A stretch of 63,914 nucleotides of DNA, counting the filler, from Octopus bimaculoides (Eukaryota): the NCBI RefSeq assembly GCF_001194135.2. It is 6 parts of 5 records of this genome, joined end to end, with 100 filler letters (N's around TTAATTAATTAA, not from the genome) between each part and the next. Parts side by side here need not be neighbours in the genome. Positions count along the whole stretch, not along the records: positions 31,368 to 53,542 come from NC_069001.1; positions 53,643 to 60,386 come from NC_068981.1; positions 60,487 to 62,712 come from NC_068988.1; positions 62,813 to 63,914 come from NW_026431991.1; 2 more parts are not named here. One strand, written 5' to 3'. A model generated the notes under the pieces. It did not search any database and had not been told where the DNA came from. It worked only from the letters and a program-made list of their open reading frames with translations. The position numbers were made by a program, and so were the translations under genes. Each line of letters starts with the position of its first letter. The stretch's first letter is position 1. Shown one piece after another: positions 53,051 through 63,914 of the stretch.

Positions 53051-53642
53051 CCAAGCCACATGAAGCAAGAGCATCAAGCAAGCAATAAAAAGAAAAGACA
53101 ATATCTTTGAGGTAATATTCATACATAAGCAATAGTCACTTATTATATGAAGAAAATACTAATGGAATCTTCAAGTCTATAATTTTGTTAAATATACAAA
53201 CTCTGGAACGGTTACTACGGTTAAAGATATAAAAAGAAGAATGTGTTGAACGTATAATATTAAAGATGTAAGGAATAAATTTATGGTAATAAGAAACACT
53301 ACAGCTTGTTAATAACTTTCAAATCAAATCTCTGATTATTGACGAACATATTCATGTAATTAACTCTCTAAGACCCAACGTTGCGAATCTGGACTTTTCA
53401 ATACCAAAACCAACGAGAGTAATTAGGAAATTTCTTGTACACGAGATTTGTGTAAGTGTGAAATATATATAAGATATTTCATAAGTTTCTCTTGTAACGG
53501 CATATTCACATACCTCTCTCTCTCTCTCTATATATATATATANNNNNNNNNNNNNNNNNNNNNNNNNNNNNNNNNNNNNNNNNNNNTTAATTAATTAANN
53601 NNNNNNNNNNNNNNNNNNNNNNNNNNNNNNNNNNNNNNNNNN

Positions 53643-53900
53643 ATCACTATTCTCTCTCCTACACTGTCTTGCAACACGAAATACCTCGAGTCTTTGGTCC
53701 TCACGGCGCAGAACATTGGCAAATCTTTCCTTATCTGCTTCCCCTCTGGCTAAATAAACCTGTCGCCTAGCCTCCCTTCTGGCACATTGGTACAATTCCC
53801 TGCTACCACCGTTCTTCCAGTCCTTCCAAGCCTGTTTCTTTTGTCTAATAGCCCTGTCTACCTCCTTGTTCCACCACCACATTACTCTGGGTCAGGAGGG
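53643..53900 (-). mobile_element. RTE-clade LINE fragment
   Basis: WWNKEVDRAIRQKKQAWKDWKNGGSRELYQCARREARRQV. It shares 92 identical nt with 14659-14750. Confidence 0.85.
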
Positions 53901-56159
53901 GACCTTACACCACCCACAAATCTGGTCGGTGGCTTTCAACAGGTTGTCCCGCAGAAATCTCCAATTGGATGATGATAACGATACAACAAAACCTCGCTAA
54001 AATGTTAGTACCATGTTAAAATAAACTCACAACACTCTGTAAAGTGGTTGGTAAACATGCTAATAGAATGTAGAGTTGAGAGAATCATTTCTCAACTCTA
54101 CATTGTATTAGAAAACCTCTCTAGTCTTGATTCCATGATAAAATGCATCCAGCATATTCTATAAAATTGTTGATGATCAGAAGAGCATCCAGCCATAGAA
54201 ACCAAGCCAAAAGAGAAATGCGTAGTGGAAAAGGTGTAGCAAAAGATGTTGAGGTGGCAGATGAGATAGTCATGTGGACGACATCAAAGTAAAACAATGG
54301 GAAAGCATCGGATTGTGGTTTAAATAATTTATCTAAACAACACTTGCATTTCCTTGTTGTATACACCAAAAAATTCACTACATGACATTACCAACTTGCT
54401 TCGAGTTGCTGAAGAAAATAACAGGGGAAATACTGTCGATATGATGAGGTAGAACCGGGCATGTTTTGTGTCTGTGTGTGCATTGGTCATTCAGTGGTGT
54501 CTGTTTATGCTCTGCGTCTGCTACTGTGTTGGGTCGTTCATGCTGAATATGTGGTTCTCTGTTGGCTACTTAACTGGTGCAAGTTACTTGCTGGCTGTCT
54601 CGCCTGTGGCTGTCTGCCTCTGTTGTATGTCTGACTGTATTTATAATGGTCATGACAGCTAGAAGGACAGACATACCACAGGAGTAATTTCTACCTATGT
54701 CGGTCACCTCCTGTCCACTTGAACTTTAAATGTCATGGCTCAGGTTGTAAGTTGATGCGAAAACCATCCATCACTTTTTGACAGGACAAAGAAATTTCTT
54801 TCATGCCTGTTTGGCCAATAGTGGATCAGATGAGCGAGAATCCTTAAATTCAGTTTTGAATCTCAGCTCGGAAAAAGGAAGTGTTAATTTTTGCAGATGC
54901 ACAAGCAAGGCATGATTTCCTGATACATCTAGGAGAGCAGTAACTGTGAATAAGAACTGATTGAGACAGTCATAACCCATACAACTCATATTTGTATGGA
55001 AAGTAGATGAGAAAGGATGATAATGATTGTCACAAATCATAGAAATCCGTAGGACAAATAGTCTTTTCGATTTTCATTGTGCTTAATGGAGAAGAAATAC
55101 TTTCCTCCCTAGAAATGATGCTAGTTTATTACCATAAAATAGCTCAATATTTACAGCTAGATGAAATAGCTGCAGAAAATTTGAACTCATATCCTATTCA
55201 ATACTGTTCAGAATAAGTAGTTAATAAATAAATCTAGCTTTCTGGGATTTTTTAGAAGAATTTTTTATCCTCTGCTCTATGTCCCTTTCTAGTTCCTTTA
55301 ACATCTCTGGTAACTCTCCTACTACATTTCCTAAGCATTACATTTGATTTTTTTTTTCTTCCTGAGAATTGAATTTCTCTTCACAACTTCTACAGCTAAA
55401 TTCCTACACATATGCAACTACTGAATTCACAAGTGCATTATCTACACTTCACTGTGTGGTTGATCAACAAATCAAAGGCAAAATTAATCATTGTAAATCC
55501 TTTGTCCAGAGTAATCTCACCCACTTTTCTGAGGGGGCTGTACAAACTAAATACATACAAGTTGTCAGGACATCTGTGAAAAATTTTATTAGTGAACAAA
55601 GACATTTTTAGTTCCCTTTCTAAAATGTAAATGCTTGTCTTCAATATATCTAAAAATTTTCAGAAATCTGAAGAAATTTCCGGACCAAGAAAAGATGTGT
55701 ACCCCACACTGTATCTGGTAGTAGATACATGTAAAAGAGCCCAACTACATAAGTTTTTAAAAATTTTTATTTCTATATCAAACCATAAAACCTAATAAGT
55801 GTTATCAGTTACACATTATGATGAGTTTCCTGTCTACCAAGTTCTACTCACATGATATTAATGAACCGGAGGAAAAGTAAAAGACACTTGCCAAAGGTGT
55901 TTCGCAATGAGATCGAAACCTAAACAACGTAGTTGTGAAACGAACTTGTTAGCCATACAGCTATATATGTACTCAGTTTAATAGTCAGGCAATAATATTT
56001 TTTATTAGAGAGAAAAGTGAATAAAGATACAATAAAGCAAATCAACACACACTGAAAGAGTAAAGTAGAGTTTCTTTATTTGAGAAACAATTGGAAATAG
56101 AAAAATCGAGCATCTCAGAAACGGCCGATCTGGCAATGAGAACTTGCCAGGCGTTGGAG

Positions 56160-56184
56160 GCACGCATGCGCATTAACACGTGGC
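56160..56184 (+). promoter_or_regulatory. Candidate DERL2 proximal elements: NRF1-like CGCATGCGCA and E-box CACGTG
   Basis: gcacgcatgcgca at 56160-56172 and cacgtg at 56177-56182, just upstream of the ATG in a GC-richer patch. Confidence 0.35.
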
Positions 56185-56192
56185 ACTCAGCA

Positions 56193-56285
56193 ATGGCAGC
56201 GCAAACTTTTCAGCAAGAATACATGCAGATGCCCCCTATAACTAGGGCTTATACTACTGCATGTGTCCTCACTACAATAGCTGTT
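56193..56285 (+). CDS. DERL2: Derlin-2 (ERAD rhomboid-like pseudoprotease), first coding exon [31 protein letters not shown]
   Basis: The 31-aa peptide matches the Derlin-2/3 N-terminus (human [31 protein letters not shown]). It is followed by donor GTT|GTGAGT at phase 0. Exon 2 was not found in the sequenced part of the window. Confidence 0.93.
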
Positions 56286-58472
56286 GTGAGTATTTTTCAT
56301 CCGGGGTTTACTCGTTTTCCTAATTTACTTGTTTTTTTAAGTTGTAGAATAGCAATTTATTGAAAGTGTGTTGTTACCTTTATTCATATGTTTATGTTTT
56401 AGCCAAATCTTATAATTATGTGCTTTTTAAGTAATTCAGTGTGTTAATCACTTGTTTTGTTTTTAAAATATCCATCCAGATGGTTATATATAAGTATGTA
56501 TCTATATGTATCTAGTTCTTTCTATAGGTATATATAATCCCACATACTTTCGTCAGCTGGAAAAGCAGGGGGAGGGGAACGCCGTGTAGTTATTATTTGC
56601 TATTGACAATTTCTGGACTCTTGGGATTACAATTTATTCTTGAATTAATCAAATCAATCCTTCAGTTTGTTCGATAATAGTGTGAGCGAAGGGTTAAACT
56701 CAAAGCTCACCTTTTAATATGCTTATGTGCGATGTGTTAGATGAGATATGTTTGTGTATGTGAGTGTTGTATCTATATAATAACACACAATTGTTGATCT
56801 GTTATTACCTTTTCATCTGGAAACTCGGAGTTTGCACATTGAAATAAAATTCAATGATCGTTTAGATACATAAAACAAAGATCGTAATTTCCTACTTCCC
56901 GTCTTGGAAAATTCTTGTTTCATTCCTTTATAAGAAAGCACTTAATTACAGTACCTTAGATTTTAATTGTTTTGAAGATATATCTTAACAGTGATTAGGT
57001 AAATCCAGTAATAACAAATATAATTCTAATTGATATAATTATTTTATTATAGCTCACTACGTCATCAACAAACTTGATTTAAAGTTTTTCTTTCAAAACA
57101 AAATAAGAGCGATTATGAGGGACTATCAGTTTGTGGGGTTAAAACAGTTCAGGTTCTTAGAAATAGAAGTTAACCAAAATTACATTTCTGTTCTGCGTGT
57201 TTATCTTGGTGTACCTGACATCGTGTTGGTTCCAAAATCACACGAACCTACGATATCAACCTAGGAATTTCATTAAATAACTTTTAGGTCGTGTACAAGT
57301 CAGGTTCTGTAAGATCCAATTGAATGCACAACGTTACATGTGACGCAAATTTTCAAATCACGAGCTATCATGAAGAAAACAGATTTGCTGTGAGTTATAT
57401 ATTATTACAATTGTATTATAAAGATCAAATAACTCCTCTATGTATTTCATATATCTAATAGTACTTCTGCTCTCTGTACCTACTTAGAGTTCCGCTTTTA
57501 CAATAATCGAATACTGTAATGAGTCAACGAGAAATCCTCTACATAGTCGCTTGACATACTAGAAACATCAGTCGGATTTTCCCATTACCACACACTACGT
57601 CTTGAAAAAATAATAAACGAAGTTTATAGTCCTAGATGAAATGCCTTTAATTATATTCTACTCATTAGGTTTAAACATCAACGAATACCGTCACAATACA
57701 GAGGAACATATAGAATATATTTTCTTTTGTTCAGGTTGTCACAACAAAAGTGTATGATTACTTAGGGCAAAAACAAATATACTACAGGAAAATACAGACG
57801 AATATTAAGCACCTCTCGTCTATTATTTCATTTAGAAATCATTATAAATGCAATTAAGTCAACATTTCTGATCAACATTGTTGTGAGGCAAGTAATTCAC
57901 AACATAACAGCAAGTAGTTCAACTAGGAACATTTCTAACATAACTAATAAAATGCGATATATAAGAGAGGATTCAATATAACGTACACCAAAAGTTTCGT
58001 TCACTTTTGGGTACTTCCCAAAATTTAGCAAAGTTTTTAGTTACTGCAGGTGAGGGGCACTTAAGGACACTAAAATGGAATCCTTATTTTCTTTCCGACA
58101 GTGTACTGTCTACTCTCCCCTCTCTCTTTCGCTATGTTTGTATGTACACACACAATTTCTCTTTGGCATATCTATACTAATAGCCAGTTGTTAGAACTCA
58201 ATAAACTTATGCTTCGTCAGGAAAGTAGAGAGCATAACATCAATTAATGAATAACAAAGGAACAGGAATTATGTGGTCATTTCCGTCAGCTTACAATTGT
58301 TTGTGCTTTAAAAATCATTGTCCTCAAAGCTCCGAGGAAACTATAAGACGTTATACAAGCATACAGCTTAGAGTGTGTTGTTTCTTAGAGAAGAAACAGC
58401 TATATGCTAATGAAGGTGATTATGTAACTCCTGTTCTTTTCTCATTCATTAATTAGTTTTATATATCTATAT

Positions 58473-58886
58473 AGGCGCAAGGAATGGGTGTGTGGTAAGT
58501 AGCTATAGGTGCAAGAGTGCCTGTGTGGTAAGTAGTTTACTTACTGACCATATGGTTCCTGCTTCAGTCACATTACGTGGCACCTTGGGCAAGTGTCTTC
58601 TGCTATAGCTTCGGGCCAACCAAAGCCTTGTGAGTGGATTTGGTAGATGGAAACTGGAAGAAGCCCATCGTGTATATAGATATGTGTGTGTGAATGTGTT
58701 TGTTCCCCCACCATTGCCTGACAACTGATGTTGGGTGTGTTTATGTCCCTATAACTTAGCGGTTCAGCAAAATAGACCAATAGGATAAGTACTAGGCTTA
58801 CAAAGAATTAGTCCTGGGGTCGATTTATTCAACTAAAGGTGGTGCTCCAGCATGGCCGCAGTCAGATGACTGAAACAAATAAAAGA
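58473..58886 (+). mobile_element. SINE family B copy with duplicated head
   Basis: The head gtgtggtaagtag occurs twice (about 58489 and 58523), followed by the full body and tail. Confidence 0.85.
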
Positions 58887-59340
58887 ATATATATATATAT
58901 AAAGGCAAAGAAGAAAATGGAGAAGATAATTAGTTGACAAACATCAGCTAAAACAAAATCAATTGAATCTATTAATTGCAATCGGGTGGATAAAGAAAGA
59001 AATAAACAGATAAAAATAAGAATAAATGGGTGAATAAAATTTTCCTCTGACAACTGTTTCTACTTTGGGGGTCCAGCATGCCATAGTTGACACATCATAC
59101 CAATATTATAGAGATTGTTCAAAGGTTGAACAAAAGTTGGACAATAATTGAGCCCCAAGGCTTCATCAGAGAGTCCATAATGTTAAGAATCAAACATGAA
59201 AAAAGTAAAATAGAATAATAAAAATAGTAAGATATGGTAAAGAAGTAAATCCCAAGATAATAATATTATTTTATTTTACTTTTTTCATGTTTGATTCTTA
59301 ACATTATGGACTCTTTGATGAAGCCTTGGGGCTCAATTAT

Positions 59341-59742
59341 TACTCTTTTACTTGTTTCAGTCATTTGACTGTGGCCATGCTGGAGCACCGCCTTTAGTCG
59401 TGCAATTTGACCCCAGGACTTATTCTTTGTAAGCCCAGTACTTATTCTATCGGTCTCTTTTTGCCGAACCGCTAAGTTACGGGGACGTAAACACACCAGC
59501 ATCGATTGTCAAGCGATGTTGGGGGACAAACATAGACACACAAACACACACACACCCATATATATATACATATATATACGACGGGCTTCTTTCAGTTTCC
59601 ATCTACCAAATCCACTCACAAGGCTTTGGTCGGCCCGAGGCTATAACAGAAGACACTTGCCCAAGGTGCCACGCAGTGGGACTGAACTCGGAACCATGTG
59701 GTTGGTAAGCAAGCTACTTACCACACAGCCACTCCTGCGCCT
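59341..59742 (-). mobile_element. SINE family B full-length copy just downstream of the tRNA-Asp terminator
   Basis: Close reverse complement of the 50575-50968 copy. Confidence 0.9.
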
Positions 59743-59768
59743 ATGAAAAAAAAACAAAAAAACTGGAC

Positions 59769-59840
59769 CTCCCCGGCGGGGAATTGAACCCCGGTCTCCC
59801 GCGTGACAGGCGGGGATACTTACCACTATACTACCGAGGA
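59769..59840 (-). tRNA. tRNA-Asp(GTC)
   Basis: Minus-strand sequence TCCTCGGTAGTATAGTGGTAAGTATCCCCGCCTGTCACGCGGGAGACCGGGGTTCAATTCCCCGCCGGGGAG (72 nt). It has a 7-bp acceptor stem, anticodon stem CCCGC/GCGGG with GTC, T-arm CGGGG/CCCCG and a downstream oligo-T terminator at about 59746-59762. Confidence 0.95.
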
Positions 59841-60050
59841 CAGGCCTCGGTAGTATAGTCCAACTATAGTATTGTCCAACTTTTGTTCAACCTTTGTACA
59901 ATCTCTGTGAAATATTGGTATGATGTGTCAACTATGGCATGCTGGATCCCCAAAGTAGAAACAGCTGTCCGAGGAAAATTTTATTCACTCATTTATTCTT
60001 ATTTATCTGTTTATTTATTTCTTTATCCATATGATTGTAATTAATAAATA

Positions 60051-60386
60051 GGAGTCATACCCAATGACTGGTGTAGCAGCATCATAGTCAACTGCTACAA
60101 AGGTAAAGGTGACGCTTTAGATACAAATAATTACAGAGGCATCAAGCTGTTAGATCAGGTTATGAAAGTTACAGAGAGGGTCATAGCCCAACTAATTAGG
60201 GAGCGAATCAATTTAGATGAGATGCAGTTTGGGTTTGTGCCAGGTAAAAGCACTACTGATGCCTTATTTCTAGTAAGACAGCTGCAGGAGAAATACCTAA
60301 CCAAGGATAAACCTCTGTACCTGGCTTTCGTTGACATGGAGAAAGCCTTTGACAGGGTCCCCCGATCCCTTATCTGGTGGTCAATG
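60051..60386 (+). mobile_element. RTE-clade LINE reverse transcriptase fragment
   Basis: Open frame IPNDW...NCYKGKGDALDTNNYRGIKLL...QFGFVPGKSTTDA...LAFVDMEKAFDRVPR running into a gap. Confidence 0.9.
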
Positions 60387-60524
60387 NNNNNNNNNNNNNN
60401 NNNNNNNNNNNNNNNNNNNNNNNNNNNNNNTTAATTAATTAANNNNNNNNNNNNNNNNNNNNNNNNNNNNNNNNNNNNNNNNNNNNATACATACATATAT
60501 ATATGAGGATGTGTGTATGCTTCA

Positions 60525-60567
<43 letters not shown>

Positions 60568-62544
60568 TATCTATATATATACACACACACATCTTCGTAT
60601 TTATGTGTATGTATGTACAAGTAGATATATGTGTATATGTATATATGTATATATGTATACATATGTATATATATATATATATGTGTGTATTTATATGTAT
60701 ATATATACACACGCATATATATATATATATATATACATATATATACATACGTACATACATACATACATACATACATACATACATAAACAGTTACAAAGAT
60801 AATACCGGTTTTGCGTTTGTGCAGCTGTTTCGAAAATAAAAGTACGTCTGGACCCTAGTATTATGTTGACACCCTTGTTCTGCACTTTTCCTATTTCCCA
60901 ACGGACATACGTTTCACATATCTACATAGTCATTGACACACGCACATGTCGATGCAACGTGAGAAAAGAAATAAAAGAAAATCAGCAGGGTTTGTCTCTC
61001 TTTACTCTCTCAACGTATTAGCTGTGTGGCTGTAAGTATTGCCTATGCAGTATATATCCAACTGTAAAAAAAAAGTAACACAATAGGTTTATATAGAAGC
61101 AATCAATGAGGCATTTGAATAAATAATATCTCCAATAGTCACAATAGTAAAAGCATTTTTGAACAATACACAATAAATGTTCCTGGAACCATTTACCATT
61201 GTACACTCTTCAAAAACATCGAATTTCTTTCTTCCATCAACCTTGGGCAAACTGATATTGTATTCGCACGACTTAAATACATTCAGTACGAATATATACC
61301 TACGAATACGTTTATATATATATATATATNNNNNNNNNNNNNNNNNNNNNNNNNNNNNNNNNNNNNNNNNNNNNNNNNNNNNNNNNNNNNNNNNNNNNNN
61401 NNNNNNNNNNNNNNNNNNNNNNNNNNNNNNNNNNNNNNNNNNNNNNNNNNNNNNNNNNNNNNNNNNNNNNNNNNNNNNNNNNNNNNNNNNNNNNNNNNNN
61501 NNNNNNNNNNNNNNNNNNNNNNNNNNNNNNNNNNNNNNNNNNNNNNNNNNNNNNNNNNNNNNNNNNNNNNNNNNNNNNNNNNNNNNNNNNNNNNNNNNNN
61601 NNNNNNNNNNNNNNNNNNNNNNNNNNNNNNNNNNNNNNNNNNNNNNNNNNNNNNNNNNNNNNNNNNNNNNNNNNNNNNNNNNNNNNNNNNNNNNNNNNNN
61701 NNNNNNNNNNNNNNNNNNNNNNNNNNNNNNNNNNNNNNNNNNNNNNNNNNNNNNNNNNNNNNNNNNNNNNNNNNNNNNNNNNNNNNNNNNNNNNNNNNNN
61801 NNNNNNNNNNNNNNNNNNNNNNNNNNNNNNNNNNNNNNNNNNNNNNNNNNNNNNNNNNNNNNNNNNNNNNNNNNNNNNNNNNNNNNNNNNNNNNNNNNNN
61901 NNNNNNNNNNNNNNNNNNNNNNNNNNNNNNNNNNNNNNNNNNNNNNNNNNNNNNNNNNNNNNNNNNNNNNNNNNNNNNNNNNNNNNNNNNNNNNNATATA
62001 TATATATATATATATACATATATATGTATACATCTATATATGCATTTATATACATATATAGAGATATGCATGTATCTGTATCTATATATTTATAACATTT
62101 ATTGTTACAATATGACTCAACTTCAACGTTTGCAACAACACAGAAACGTGTTTTATGCGTGTATATATATATATATATAGATTTAGAGTTTTTATATGTT
62201 TTTCTTTGCGTTTATATGATGTTTCTTTTAGTTGTATATATTTTTATATTTTTACAATGAATGCTGACTTAACACTGTGTGGACCACAATAAAAAAAGAA
62301 GAAAATGTTAATATACATAACCCTTATTCCGATTTCCTTGTACACGAAAATGAAAACTTTCAAACTACTATATTTGAAACAAATGAGGAGAAAAAATACA
62401 ATAATTAATTTTGTAAAAAAATAATACCATATAGGCATACAATTAAACCTTGGGAGAGGCTTTATGCACACCAAATACACATACGAAACATATAGGCATG
62501 TTAAATGCAAAATAACGATGACAATACCTCTGGTAGCATTACTT

Positions 62545-62635
<91 letters not shown>

Positions 62636-63914
62636 CACTACAACTACTACTACTGCAACTGCTGCTGCTGCTACTGCTGCTCACTATAACTACAACTACT
62701 ACTACCACCACCNNNNNNNNNNNNNNNNNNNNNNNNNNNNNNNNNNNNNNNNNNNNTTAATTAATTAANNNNNNNNNNNNNNNNNNNNNNNNNNNNNNNN
62801 NNNNNNNNNNNNTATATGTATATATATGTATTAGTTTATGTATATATTAATATTATCTCAGTTATTATAAAAACCTTTGATAATGGAAATATGTTAATAG
62901 TTACCAGAGGTAGCAAAATTACACTAAAAAACAAGATATCACAGCTGTTTTACAGGTAGAGATACCAAGTTAAAGTGATACATTTTGAGAAGATATGAAT
63001 AATAATAATAAATGGAGCAAAACGCATATAAATAAAAGTTCCTTTAATTCCTACACATGTTTCAAAATAAATGAGAGCTCCTTCACAAAGAAGTAAGAGC
63101 TGCTGGGATTCCTCATATATTTCTCTTCAGGGAGTTCATAATAAACATATAAGAGCAAGACAAAAACGAAATGATGAGGTAACTTACGAGCAAAGATGTT
63201 ACATGGTCAGTGACCATTAGAACATTTGTTTACATAGAGATATAAAGGGATCAATGATATTATTCCATGGGCTTTAGGAATAAGAACGCTTGTTTACATA
63301 AAGATATAAAGGGAGGGGGTTGTAAACGTGATGCTAAAGGTTAAACTCAGTGAGTTATTGAAATAGGGGGAGAAAGACAAATATGTTGTAGTACTGTTAA
63401 ATTTGAAAGAGCGTGAGCTAATTGCTGAGTCAAAAATGAAGGTAGGGAGGGAACTAAGGGAGTACATCATATAAGGGAAACTAATAACATATTTATATGT
63501 GGTGAAGAAAGTGAATGAAAATAAATGAAACATCGTAGCCTAGTGATATATTATATTATATTATTGTACAGCTATTAACATTTGTTAATGGTAAAGCAGG
63601 GTACAGGATATTTATTTGAGAAGTAATAAAGATAATAACATACACGTTAACAAGACGAATAGAAATACTTAGTTGAAGTCACCGGAGGTACGAACAACAA
63701 CCTGTACGGCATTACTAAGAAGAAATAACTTAGCTAACTGTAGATGGGGAAAATAAAGCACTAGTAGTGAATGAGGCAGAAGTATATATATTATATATAT
63801 ATATATATATGTATACATACACATACACACACATATTTATACACATATATATACACACACACACATACACACCTTCACATACACATATGCACACCTATAC
63901 ATACATTCCTGTAT

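Larger units (their letters stand above)
58970..60046. repeat. Nested inverted repeats: outer arms 58970-59146 / 59870-60046, inner arms 59144-59220 / 59264-59340
   Basis: Direct reverse-complement comparison. The inner arms differ at about 2 positions. Confidence 0.9.

Noticed and set aside
56091-56363. 90-aa ORF as the Derlin-2 N-terminus
   Set aside because: It starts at a non-ATG codon and reads into the intron. Homology begins at ATG 56193 and ends at the donor after 56285.

Overview
This is AT-rich, microsatellite- and transposon-dense animal genomic DNA with many N gaps. The SINE and LINE content suggests Octopus or another coleoid cephalopod (inference). Three protein-coding signals are visible. 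(1) An 8-exon chain on the minus strand (29611 to 15218, 1184 nt, about 394 aa) that the ORF track mostly misses. Every junction is canonical GT-AG with matching phase. It resembles the first extracellular domain of a large ABCA-type transporter and contains an internally duplicated exon cassette. (2) The first coding exon of Derlin-2 on the plus strand (56193-56285). (3) A probable terminal coding exon of an unidentified plus-strand gene (2061-2411). There is an intact-looking tRNA-Asp(GTC) gene at 59769-59840 (minus), enclosed in nested inverted repeats. The rest is three tRNA-derived SINE families, fragments of RTE, R4/Dong-like, CR1-like and R2/NeSL-like LINEs, a mariner end, MITE-like hairpins and simple repeats. 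The most notable observation is a short insertion at 33225-33584. It combines a tRNA-like Pol III head with a minimal type I hammerhead ribozyme fold and an inverted copy of its own tail. A second hammerhead-like family occurs at 47367-47403. All alignments and identities were judged by eye.
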